Source of the DNA: Candidatus Aminicenantes bacterium
GTDB lineage: Bacteria; Acidobacteriota; Aminicenantia; Aminicenantales; Saccharicenantaceae
Length of the DNA stretch: 64,000 nt
Direction of reading: 5' to 3'
Assembly (NCBI GenBank): GCA_034679465.1
Contig: JAXDAV010000032.1
Span: forward strand, 59,247 to 123,246
Part shown: positions 56,169 to 64,000 of the stretch, piece by piece
Layout of the letters: each line of letters opens with the position of its first letter
How positions within the stretch are numbered: position 1 is the first letter of the stretch
Notes under the pieces: generated by a model
Told to the model about the DNA's origin: nothing
What the model saw: the letters and a program-made list of their open reading frames with translations, nothing else
Database searches by the model: none
Made by a program: the position numbers and the translations under genes

Positions 56169-57193
56169 GAGCGATGGTCCTCGCCGGATTCCGCCCGCCG
56201 GGGGAGAGGCCGCTTGAGGCGCGGGACGTGCCCGTTCCGAAGGTCGGGCCGGAGGACATCCTCATCAAGGTCCGCTGCTGCGGCGTCTGCCACACCGACC
56301 TTCACATCGTCGCCAGGGAGATCCCGGACGCCCGGCCGCCTCTCATCCCCGGCCACGAGGTCATCGGGACGGTGGCGCGGGCGGGGGAGAGGGCGGGCCG
56401 GTTCAGGATCGGGCAGCGCGTCGGCGCCGCCTGGCTCCGGTCGGCGTGCGGCGCGTGCCGTTTCTGCCGGAGCGGCCGGGAGAACCTTTGCGAGACGGCG
56501 CGCTTCAACGGCTATCATGCCGACGGTGGATATGCCGAATACATGGTCATGGACGAGAAGTTCGCCTACGCCGTTCCGAACGGGTTCGGAGACGCCGAGG
56601 CGGCGCCGCTTATGTGCGCCGGGATCGTCGGCTACAGGGCGCTCGTCCTGAGCGAGGTCCAGAGGGGTGGCGTCATCGGGCTCTACGGGTTCGGAGGCTC
56701 GGCCCACATCGCCATCCAGATCGCCAGGCATTGGGGCGCCCGGACCTTCGTCTTCACCAGGAGCGCCAAGCGCCAGAGCCACGCCCGCGGGCTGGGGGCC
56801 GATTGGGTCGGGACCGCTCGGGACGAGCCGCCGGCCAAGCTGACGAACGCCGTCATCTTCGCCCCGGCGGGGAGCCTGTACCTCGACGCCCTGAGGGTCA
56901 TGGACCGCGGCGGGACCGTCGTCTCGGCGGGCATCCACATGTCGCCCATCCCCGAGATGGACTACGACCGCTATCTTTATCACGAGCGGAAGATGCTGAG
57001 CGTGGCCAACGCCACCCGCCGGGACGGGGAGGAGCTCCTGCAAGTCGCGGCCGAGATCCCGGTGCGGACGACCGTCCGGTCCTACCCGCTCGAAGCGGCG
57101 AACGACGCGCTCGCCGACCTCCAAGCCGGCCGGCTCGACGGGGCCGCCGTGTTGCAGATCGATCAGTCCCCGGTCCGTTGCAAACCCGGCTGA
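56165..57193 (+). CDS. zinc-dependent alcohol dehydrogenase (MDR family)
   Basis: GVCHTDLH, the structural zinc motif CGACRFCRSGRENLC, and the NAD-binding motif GLYGFGGSAH. The start overlaps the upstream stop (ATGA). Confidence 0.8.
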   Translation: MRAMVLAGFRPPGERPLEARDVPVPKVGPEDILIKVRCCGVCHTDLHIVAREIPDARPPLIPGHEVIGTVARAGERAGRFRIGQRVGAAWLRSACGACRFCRSGRENLCETARFNGYHADGGYAEYMVMDEKFAYAVPNGFGDAEAAPLMCAGIVGYRALVLSEVQRGGVIGLYGFGGSAHIAIQIARHWGARTFVFTRSAKRQSHARGLGADWVGTARDEPPAKLTNAVIFAPAGSLYLDALRVMDRGGTVVSAGIHMSPIPEMDYDRYLYHERKMLSVANATRRDGEELLQVAAEIPVRTTVRSYPLEAANDALADLQAGRLDGAAVLQIDQSPVRCKPG

Positions 57194-57228
57194 TTTGGGC
57201 TATATTATCCCCGCTTTTCCGGTTCTGC

Positions 57229-57302
57229 GCGCCCGTAGCTCAGTTGGATAGAGCGTCTGACTACGAATCAGCAGGTCGGGTGTTCGAGTCACCCCGGGCG
57301 CG
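57229..57302 (+). tRNA. tRNA-Arg (anticodon ACG)
   Basis: Cloverleaf by eye: acceptor gcgcccg/cgggcgc, D-arm gctc...gagc, anticodon loop ctACGaa, T-arm gggtg ttcgagt caccc. CCA is not encoded. Confidence 0.8.
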
Positions 57303-57580
57303 CTTCCCTTCTTCTTCAAAATCAATCGTTTATCGGTCGCCCGCCTTTTATGGTTCCTTATCGCAATTTCAGTAATTCGTTTGGCAATGATGGAAAACCG
57401 GACCAGCGAGATCGGGCCGGGAAGTGAGGGCTGAGTGGCCGCAGCATGAATAGGCGAACCGGAGAAAACGGCGCTCAGGTGAAGCCGATGGCAACGAAGG
57501 GGCTTGTTTCGTTTCCGGCCCGGATGTAGAATCAGAACTAAGGGAAGACGAGAGCGCGTTGCGTTAAAAGGAGGTCCGAA

Positions 57581-58654
57581 ATGAGCAGGTTAACCTGGCT
57601 CGCGATGGCTTCAATCAGCTGTATGCTCGGCGCATGCACGTCCCAATCGATCATTGAGAACAAGCCAGCGCGGATCGTTGATGTGAAGATCGAAAAGGAA
57701 CTGACTTTGGGGGAGCGATCTGATGGAAAAGGGGCGCTCTTCCAATCCGTGCGTTCTTTCCGCGTCGACCATAAGGGCCATATCTATGTGCTGGATTCCC
57801 GGGCGCCAAGACTCCTCAAGTTCAACGGCACTGGGGAGCTTCTTTTTTCGATTGGCCAAAAAGGACAAGGCCCTGGTGAATTCATGGTCCCCATTGGGAT
57901 GGAGCTAGGCAAGAACGGTTCCGTCCTGATCTACGATATTGGGAATCGGAGATTGGCGTACTTTTCGGCAGATACCGGGGAACTGATTGAGGAGATATCG
58001 ACGGCCAAACAGCCGCGCATGTTTAGGATAGACGATGATTCCCAAGGCAACTTTTATTGTTACCAGGTCTTGCCCGGGCCGGAGAAAACGGTCCGGCTCA
58101 TTTCTAAGTATAGTCCTACGTTCGAGTTCATAAAGGAAATCATCCGGGTTGAGGAAAAACCGCTTGGGAACGAAATCCAAGTGATCCCGACGAGCCTGCT
58201 GTTTCGAATCCTTGCGGATGACGGGCTTCTGGTAGCGAAAAGCGATGAGTATAAATTCTATAGGTACAATTCGACAGGCGGGATAGCAAAGACAGTGTCC
58301 AATGATTACAAACGCGTCAATGTCACGGCGGCGGATAAGGAACGCGAAATCAAGATTAGGTTCGAGGGAGCGCCGGCTCCCAAAGATCAAGTCTTCGTAT
58401 TCCCGGATTATTATCCGCCGATCGAATACCTGATTACCGATGATGAAGACAACATCTTTGTCAGGCAGTATGAGGTTGACAAAGCCGGCCGTCATTTCTA
58501 TGAAGCGTTCAACCGCGAGGGCCGGTCGCTGGGGAAGTTCGCACTCGGATTCACGGTCAATTGTATAGTGGGTGACAGGATGTACTCCCTTGAAGACGAT
58601 GATGAAGGTTTCAATCAGATCTGCCGTTATAAATTCGAGATCAGAATGAAATGA
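57581..58654 (+). CDS. beta-propeller-like lipoprotein (hypothetical), in low-GC islet
   Basis: Lipoprotein signal (MLGAC), AAAGGAGG RBS, and about 50% GC against the roughly 70% background. Repeated ...GxGELxxP... blades suggest a 6-bladed beta-propeller. Confidence 0.55.
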   Translation: MSRLTWLAMASISCMLGACTSQSIIENKPARIVDVKIEKELTLGERSDGKGALFQSVRSFRVDHKGHIYVLDSRAPRLLKFNGTGELLFSIGQKGQGPGEFMVPIGMELGKNGSVLIYDIGNRRLAYFSADTGELIEEISTAKQPRMFRIDDDSQGNFYCYQVLPGPEKTVRLISKYSPTFEFIKEIIRVEEKPLGNEIQVIPTSLLFRILADDGLLVAKSDEYKFYRYNSTGGIAKTVSNDYKRVNVTAADKEREIKIRFEGAPAPKDQVFVFPDYYPPIEYLITDDEDNIFVRQYEVDKAGRHFYEAFNREGRSLGKFALGFTVNCIVGDRMYSLEDDDEGFNQICRYKFEIRMK

Positions 58655-58763
58655 CGGCGTGATTCGCGGTCTGGCTTTTTCGCCGCGTCCCTGATAAGAT
58701 AGCCCGGCGAACACGCGCCGGCGGGGGACCGAAGGCCCTGCCCCAAACAGAACGGAGGAATGA

Positions 58764-59189
58764 ATGGGCTTGATGCGGAAAGAGATACTCATGCGGCAGA
58801 AGTCGTCTCGCGAACAAGAGCTGAAGGACCGGCTGTCCGTCCTGTCGAAAAGGGGGGTCAAACCCCCGCAAGCAGATAAGGACCCTCTCGTGAGGAAGCT
58901 CAAGGCCCTGCTCAAGGACTCGACGAGACGGCTGGCTCGAATCGCCGAGATCGACCAGAGAACCCAGGAGATGGCCAAGACCAAGGCCGAGAGGGCCGCC
59001 GCCCCCAAGAAGGAAGAGGACATCGCCAAAGCCCCGAAGGCCAAGGCCGCCCCTCAGGAAGGCAAGGCCAAGAAGCCCAAGGCCCCGGAAGGCGGCAAGC
59101 CGTCGAAAAAGACCGAGTCGCCCGCAGGGGGAAAGGCGCCCGCCCCGAAGAAAGCCGAGAAGCCGAAGGAAGAGCCGGCTACCTCTTGA
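58764..59189 (+). CDS. Lys/Ala/Pro-rich basic low-complexity protein (histone H1-like)
   Basis: The C-terminal 70 aa are KAPKAKAAPQEGKAKKPKAPEGGKPSKK... Confidence 0.4.
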   Translation: MGLMRKEILMRQKSSREQELKDRLSVLSKRGVKPPQADKDPLVRKLKALLKDSTRRLARIAEIDQRTQEMAKTKAERAAAPKKEEDIAKAPKAKAAPQEGKAKKPKAPEGGKPSKKTESPAGGKAPAPKKAEKPKEEPATS

Positions 59190-60333
59190 CCGCCACCCAG
59201 CGCCCGGCCTGGTAGGACTCGACCGCGGCGTCGATGACGCACATCATGTCGTGACCGGTCCGGAAATCGGGGAAGGTCGCCACGCAGGCCTTTCCGGCCC
59301 GCTTGGCCGCCAAGGCGTCATAGTAATCCCGGAACAGGTTGAGGACCGCGTCGCGGTAACCGAGGGGATGGCCGGTGGGCAGGGTCGCGTACTTCCGTGT
59401 TTCCTCCGTCTGGAGCAACGCCGATTCGTAGAAGATCTCGTTCGCTTTCTCCCGGTGCCCGATCCAGAGGGCGTTCGGGCGGACATGGCTCCAGGCGTAG
59501 GACTCCTTCGACCCGAAGACCTGGATCTCCAGGTCGACCTTGCGACCGGCCGCGGCCTGGCAGGTGGTGAAGTTCCCACGGGCCCCGTTCTCGAGCCTGA
59601 GGAAGAGCGAGGCGTAATCGTCAAGGGTGATGGCCACGTCCTCGGTCTCCCCGGACGCCCCGGCCCCGAACGACAGGACCCCTCCCTTCGGCTTGCGGCG
59701 CTTCGGCAGGCAGGTGTGGAGCTCGGCCATGACCTCGACGATCTTCTGTCCGGTGATGAACTGGACGAGGTCGAACCAATGACTGCCCAGGTCGGCGACG
59801 ACGTTGGCCCGGCCCGCGACCTCGGGGTCCAACCGCCAGGTGTAGTCCGTCTCGTGGAAGAGCCAATCCTGGAGGAAATGGCCGACGAAGGCCCGAACCT
59901 CGCCGAGATCGCCCCGCCTCGCCCGGGCCGCCGCCTCCTGGACGACGGGGTAATAGCGATAGCAGAAATCGATGGCCGTCAGGGTGCCGTGATTCGCCGC
60001 GAGCGCGAGGAGCTCCGCGGACTCCCGCGAGTCGAGGGCCAGCGGCTTCTCGGACAGGATCTCTTTCCCGGCCCGGATGGCCGCGGCGCTGATCTCGAAA
60101 TGGACGTTGTTCGGGGCGCAGTTGTGGACGACCTCGACTTCGCCGTCGGCGATGAGGGCCTCGGCCCTCTCGTAAACCTTCCCGATGCCGAGCTTGGCCG
60201 CCGCAGCCCGGGCCAGCCCGGCGTTCGCGTCGGCCACGGCCGTGACCTCGACCCCGCCGAGCCGCCTCAGCGTCTCGAGGTGGACCAGGCCGATGTAACC
60301 CGTCCCGATGAGCCCGACCTTGATTCGCCTCAT
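59179..60333 (-). CDS. Gfo/Idh/MocA family oxidoreductase
   Basis: N-terminal Rossmann motif KVGLIGTGYIG and the characteristic EKPLA motif. Confidence 0.8.
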   Translation of the reverse strand: MRRIKVGLIGTGYIGLVHLETLRRLGGVEVTAVADANAGLARAAAAKLGIGKVYERAEALIADGEVEVVHNCAPNNVHFEISAAAIRAGKEILSEKPLALDSRESAELLALAANHGTLTAIDFCYRYYPVVQEAAARARRGDLGEVRAFVGHFLQDWLFHETDYTWRLDPEVAGRANVVADLGSHWFDLVQFITGQKIVEVMAELHTCLPKRRKPKGGVLSFGAGASGETEDVAITLDDYASLFLRLENGARGNFTTCQAAAGRKVDLEIQVFGSKESYAWSHVRPNALWIGHREKANEIFYESALLQTEETRKYATLPTGHPLGYRDAVLNLFRDYYDALAAKRAGKACVATFPDFRTGHDMMCVIDAAVESYQAGRWVAVKR

Positions 60334-60425
60334 GATGACCTCCGATCCGGCTCAAGCATAAACCAAGCCGGGTCCCGGCGCCAGGCCGCGGCCCGCCGGG
60401 CGTCGCGCCCGGCCGTCCCCCCGGA

Positions 60426-61034
60426 TCAGAAGCTGATGCCCGCGAGGGCCATGAGGCACCTGTTCTTCATCGAGGCGCCCGGCGCGGCGTCCTTGATGAG
60501 GTTCCTCAGGCCGTGGTTGTAGCGGCCCTCGATCGAGAGGCCGATCCCGGCCAGCCTGAACGCCAGCCCGACGCCCCCGACGAGGCCATAATCCAGCCGC
60601 TCGTAGTCTTCGGTCAGGTCCCCCGTCTCCGTCCCCAGGACGCCCCTGGCCTTGATCAGGTAGGCCCCATAGCCGCCGCCGCCGAGGAACGGCCTGACGG
60701 GCCCGGCCGGGACGATGTTGATCTTGAGAAGGACCGGGACCTGGACGTAGTCGAAGCGGTATTCGAGGTCCGCGGCGGCGAACTTCCCGCCCATCCGGAC
60801 ATAGAAGACCTCGGTCTGGACGGAGACGTAGGCGAAGCCGGATTCGAAGGACAGGCCGCCGGCGAAGAAGGGCAGATTCTCCCACGGGAAAGCCGGCGGG
60901 TCGGCCGACTCTTCGGAGAACTTGGCCAGCGAGAAGCCGGCCTTGATCCCGACGCCGGCGTCGAGGGCCCTCGGCGCGAGCGCGACCGCGGCCAGTGCGG
61001 CGATCGTCATGATGGCCAGTCTTTTCATGCGCAC
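60426..61034 (-). CDS. outer-membrane beta-barrel protein (OmpW/OmpA-like porin family)
   Basis: Signal peptide, alternating amphipathic beta-strands, and a C-terminal aromatic residue (F). Confidence 0.65.
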   Translation of the reverse strand: MRMKRLAIMTIAALAAVALAPRALDAGVGIKAGFSLAKFSEESADPPAFPWENLPFFAGGLSFESGFAYVSVQTEVFYVRMGGKFAAADLEYRFDYVQVPVLLKINIVPAGPVRPFLGGGGYGAYLIKARGVLGTETGDLTEDYERLDYGLVGGVGLAFRLAGIGLSIEGRYNHGLRNLIKDAAPGASMKNRCLMALAGISF

Positions 61035-61177
61035 CTCCTCAAGTGCTCTTTTTCCGCTTTGAGTCTATCTTACCACGTCGCCGACGGCATCCTCTTTTCC
61101 GATGTTCCGCGGGGTGAAATCCCCTCCGCCGGGCTAACCCAAAGAGGGGACGGGCGGGACGATGCGGAACGACGCGG

Positions 61178-61206
61178 TTGACCGTCCCGGAGCCCCGTGC
61201 TATAAG
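61178..61206 (+). promoter_or_regulatory. sigma70-type promoter upstream of the kinase-like gene
   Basis: TTGACC (61178-61183), a 17-nt spacer, TATAAG (61201-61206). Confidence 0.4.
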
Positions 61207-61270
61207 CCAAGGGGGCGGCCCATGAAGAGAAGCGATTCTGAGCCCCGTGACGCGGAGCCGGCGAGCTGAG

Positions 61271-61894
61271 ATGGAGTCCCGCCCGCTCCCGTCGGTCCTT
61301 CTCGTCGGCCCCACGGGCTCGGGCAAGACCCCGCTCGGCGAAGAGCTCGAGCGCCGCGGCTTCCTCGGGCGGCGCTGCGTCCATTTCGACTTCGGGGCCA
61401 ACCTCAGGGCCGCGGCCGCGGGACGGGCGGACGATTTCGGGCTGACGGGGCCGGAGCTGGAGGCGATCCGGACTTCGCTCGCGACGGGCGCCCTCTTCGA
61501 GGCGGGCGACAGGCCGATGATCGTCAAGATCCTGACGCGCTTCGCGGCCCTGCGCCGCCCGGACCCCGCCTCGCTTCTCGTTCTCAACGGCCTGCCCCGG
61601 CACCGGGACCAGGCCGAAAGCCTGGCGTCGGTCGTCGCCGTCGAGCGCGTCATCTCGCTCGAGGCGGACGCCGCCGTCATCGCGGAGAGGATCCGCGCGG
61701 ACCCCGGTCGGGACCGGGCCGCCAGGACCGACGACGGCCTCACGGCGGTCGCCCGCCGCCTGGTCCTCTTTCGCGAACGGACGGCGCCTCTCATCGGCTT
61801 TTATCGAGGGAGGGGCGTCCCGATCATCTCCGTCCGGGTCTCGGCCTCGATGAAGGCCGCGGCGCTGTACGACGCGGCCGTGCGGGCGGCATAA
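61271..61894 (+). CDS. adenylate kinase-like nucleoside monophosphate kinase family protein
   Basis: P-loop VGPTGSGKT, and ...LLVLNGLPRHRDQAESL... / RTDDGLTAVARRLVLFRERTAPLIGFY reminiscent of adenylate kinase NMP-binding and RxDD regions. Confidence 0.55.
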   Translation: MESRPLPSVLLVGPTGSGKTPLGEELERRGFLGRRCVHFDFGANLRAAAAGRADDFGLTGPELEAIRTSLATGALFEAGDRPMIVKILTRFAALRRPDPASLLVLNGLPRHRDQAESLASVVAVERVISLEADAAVIAERIRADPGRDRAARTDDGLTAVARRLVLFRERTAPLIGFYRGRGVPIISVRVSASMKAAALYDAAVRAA

Positions 61895-61973
61895 AATTCG
61901 GTTGACAGCGGCGGCGTCCTAATCATAATCATACATTCTTCCTGTTTTGGAAAGACCCGATGAGGAGGACTTC

Positions 61974-63665
61974 ATGACCCGATCCCTTCTGAGAAAGAGC
62001 GCCGGCCGCGGGCTCGTCTTCGCCCTCGCGCTCGCGGCCGCCTTCACCGTTTTCAGCGCGCGTCAGGACGAGACGACGCTCGCCCCGGTCGCCGAGGCCT
62101 GGGTCGAGGATCCCGACAGCTGCACGTCGATCCAGGTCGGCCGCCTGGCCACGGTCGACGGCTCGGTCATCACCTGCCACACCTGTGACGGCCCCTACCG
62201 GCAGTGGGTCAACATCGTCCCGGGCCAGAAATGGCCCGAAAAATCGATGGCCAAGATATACTCCGGGAAGATGCACACGGAGACGCCGACCGATCTGCGC
62301 GGCCTCGTCCAGACGGGCGAGATCCCCCAGGTCCCCGAGACCTACCGCTTCCTGAACACCGCTTATCCGGCCCTCAACGAGCACGGGCTGGCCATCGGCG
62401 AGACGACGATCGGCGGCCGCCGGGAGCTCGTCAACAACGAAGGCATGTTCATGATCGAGGAGCTCGAGCGCATCGCCCTGGAGCGCTGCAAGACCGCCCG
62501 CGAGGCCATCCGGCTCATCGGCCGGCTGGTCAAGGACCACGGCTACGGCGACATGGGCGAGTGCCTCACCATCGCCGACGGCAAGGAGGTCTGGCACTTC
62601 GAGCTCATGGGGGCCGGGCCGCTCGAGAAGGGCGCCGTCTGGGCCGCCGTCCGCATCCCCGACGACCACGTCGGCATCTCCGCCAACATCCCCCGCATCC
62701 CCGAGATCGACCTCAAGAACCCGGACCGCTACATGGCCTCGGAGAACGTCTTCCAGCTGGCCCAGGACATGGGTTGGTGGGACCCGAAGAGCGGCCGGCC
62801 GTTCAAGTTCTGGGAGGCCTACGGCGGGGGACGGGGCAAGCCCTTCTCGACGCGCGAGTTCTTCGTCCTCAGCACGCTCGCGCCCTCGCTCAAGCTGTCC
62901 ATGGACCTCGCGGAGCTGCCGTTCTCGGTGAAGCCCGAGAAGAAGCTTTCCGTCCGCGACGTCCTGGCCCTCTACCGCGATCCCTATGAGGGGACCGACC
63001 TCGACCTGACCCAGAACCTGATGGTCCGCCGTCCCCAGCCCCGGCAGAAGCCGGGCCAGACGCCTACGGCCCCGGCGGCCGAGCCGGAGATGGTCCTGAG
63101 CCCCATCGCCAGCGCCTGGATGCCCCGGGACCTCACGAACCTGGCCAACACCCTGAAGCCGGGCGTGATCCAGCCCCAGAGGACCATCCCCATCTCCGGA
63201 TGCGCCTATGCCACCGTCCTCCAGATCAGGGGCTGGCTGCCGCCCGCGGTCGGCGCGATCTGCTGGTTCAGCTTCGACAATCCGGCCATGAGCGCCCGCA
63301 TCCCCATCTTCGCCGGGACGACGGAGCTGCCTCCGGGCTTCGGCATCTGCGCCCAGCACGGCTTCCGGCTCGATTCGGCGGCGTGGGCCTTCCGGCGGGC
63401 CAATCGGCTGGCCACCCTGAAGTGGGGCGCGACCCGGAAGACGGTCGAGGCGGCCATCGCCGAGTTCGAGGACAAGGCCTTCGCCGATCTGCCGTTCATC
63501 GAGAAGAGGGTCCAGGAGATCCTGGCCGGCCAGGCGCCCGGCCGAGAGCCGTTCACGGTCGAGCAGTACCTGACGAAGTACACCAACGACATGGCCCGCT
63601 CCGCCATCCAGAAGTACCTGGAGCTCGGCGACAAGTTCTGGATGCTCATCGCCATGGGCCTGTAG
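61974..63665 (+). CDS. C69 family dipeptidase
   Basis: Catalytic Cys context (SVITCHTCDG) typical of C69, with a signal peptide. An alternative start lies at 61947. Confidence 0.7.
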   Translation: MTRSLLRKSAGRGLVFALALAAAFTVFSARQDETTLAPVAEAWVEDPDSCTSIQVGRLATVDGSVITCHTCDGPYRQWVNIVPGQKWPEKSMAKIYSGKMHTETPTDLRGLVQTGEIPQVPETYRFLNTAYPALNEHGLAIGETTIGGRRELVNNEGMFMIEELERIALERCKTAREAIRLIGRLVKDHGYGDMGECLTIADGKEVWHFELMGAGPLEKGAVWAAVRIPDDHVGISANIPRIPEIDLKNPDRYMASENVFQLAQDMGWWDPKSGRPFKFWEAYGGGRGKPFSTREFFVLSTLAPSLKLSMDLAELPFSVKPEKKLSVRDVLALYRDPYEGTDLDLTQNLMVRRPQPRQKPGQTPTAPAAEPEMVLSPIASAWMPRDLTNLANTLKPGVIQPQRTIPISGCAYATVLQIRGWLPPAVGAICWFSFDNPAMSARIPIFAGTTELPPGFGICAQHGFRLDSAAWAFRRANRLATLKWGATRKTVEAAIAEFEDKAFADLPFIEKRVQEILAGQAPGREPFTVEQYLTKYTNDMARSAIQKYLELGDKFWMLIAMGL

Positions 63666-63834
63666 CCCTTAGCCTGGATTAGTCACGAGTCGAGGCGGCT
63701 GCAGATGCGAGGCGTCAAAGGGTGAAGCTGTACTCCTGGTACTGCGAACCCTTTGCAACGAAGCAGATGCGGCCGGCTCGGCTTGCCCGAAGGGTAAAAA
63801 CGCCGGTCTTGGGTTTTCTTGTCTTATGAGAAAA

Positions 63835-63862
63835 CCGGCGTTTTTATGAATAGTCCAGGCTA
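63835..63862. repeat. 28-bp repeat copy 2 (ccggcgtttttatgaatagtccaggcta)
   Basis: Exact inverted copy of 19026-19053. It is part of the hairpin aaaaacgccgg...ccggcgttttt (63796-63845) between convergent genes. A degenerate third copy, tagcctggattagtca, lies at 63670-63685. Confidence 0.8.
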
Positions 63863-64000
63863 AAGCGTGTACTTGAAGAGGTTCATCCCGGCGGGGAGCT
63901 TGGCCCGTTCCCTGTAGATGTCCCAATAGACGGCCTTGGCTTCCGCCAGCTTCGCGTACAGGGGATGCCCCGTGTCGGGGACATGGGTCGCCGCGACGGC
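63860..64000 (-). CDS. 3' end of unidentified CDS (partial; ...HPLYAKLAEAKAVYWDIYRERAKLPAGMNLFKYTL*)
   Basis: Open, GC3-rich frame running off the window end. The TAG stop lies inside repeat copy 2. Confidence 0.4.
   Translation of the reverse strand, partial: AVAATHVPDTGHPLYAKLAEAKAVYWDIYRERAKLPAGMNLFKYTL

Noticed and set aside
57229-58760. Integrated mobile element or prophage at tRNA-Arg
   Set aside because: No integrase, recombinase or phage gene was found, and no direct repeat of the tRNA 3' end downstream. Only the compositional anomaly is reported, as a finding.
57905-59044. 379-aa ORF antisense to the low-GC lipoprotein gene
   Set aside because: Lower-GC DNA yields long antisense ORFs by chance. 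It has no RBS or motifs, and it overlaps two sense genes that have good RBSs.
1-64000. CRISPR arrays, rRNA genes, transposases and insertion sequences
   Set aside because: I scanned for regularly spaced direct repeats and for transposase or integrase motifs. None were found. The only dispersed repeat is the 28-bp terminator-associated element.

Overview
This 64 kb window is about 70% GC and almost entirely coding. It is bacterial chromosomal DNA from a Gram-negative (diderm) organism, possibly an Acidobacteria-like lineage (low confidence). The diderm call rests on TonB, OmpH/Skp, an outer-membrane beta-barrel protein, lipoprotein signals, several Tat signals and type-II-secretion-like pseudopilins.

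Recognisable housekeeping genes:
- rnc, pyrC, pyrR and ribF.
- prfB, with its programmed +1 frameshift at CTT TGA C.
- a stomatin/NfeD pair and an HU/IHF gene.
- coaE, archaeal-type proS and pcm.
- pnp and rpsO (GTG start).
- rhaA, rhaB and a GH78 rhamnosidase.
- a Zn alcohol dehydrogenase and tRNA-Arg(ACG).

Accessory-looking content that I consider most worth follow-up:
1. A tightly coupled operon at 2647-6793: a DUF362 protein, an AmmeMemoRadiSam-type radical SAM enzyme carrying a canonical twin-arginine (Tat) signal, and a polytopic membrane protein fused to a spermidine-synthase-like domain.
2. Three tandem, translationally coupled alkaline-phosphatase-superfamily paralogs (38714-44138) with three different predicted localisations (cytoplasmic, membrane-anchored, Tat-exported). 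They are followed by a ribbon-helix-helix protein, a membrane protein and a class I aminotransferase, and flanked by a class III aminotransferase.
3. A six-gene operon (26743-32933): Tat-signal D-aminoacylase-family amidohydrolase, M23 peptidase, and two ABC ATPase/ABC-2 permease pairs.
4. Four small PilZ-domain paralogs, three of them clustered around an atypical LuxR-type receiver protein, plus an HD-GYP/HEAT pair embedded in the rhamnose cluster.
5. Three overlapping GspG-like pseudopilin genes directly downstream of pnp.
6. A roughly 50% GC islet next to tRNA-Arg.
7. A 28-bp repeat present in inverted copies at two intrinsic-terminator sites about 45 kb apart.

I found no CRISPR array, rRNA gene, transposase or integrase. 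Many long Arg/Gly/Pro-rich ORFs in the six-frame track are GC-driven artefacts on the opposite strand of real genes. All family assignments are motif recognition by eye and need HMM or BLAST confirmation.
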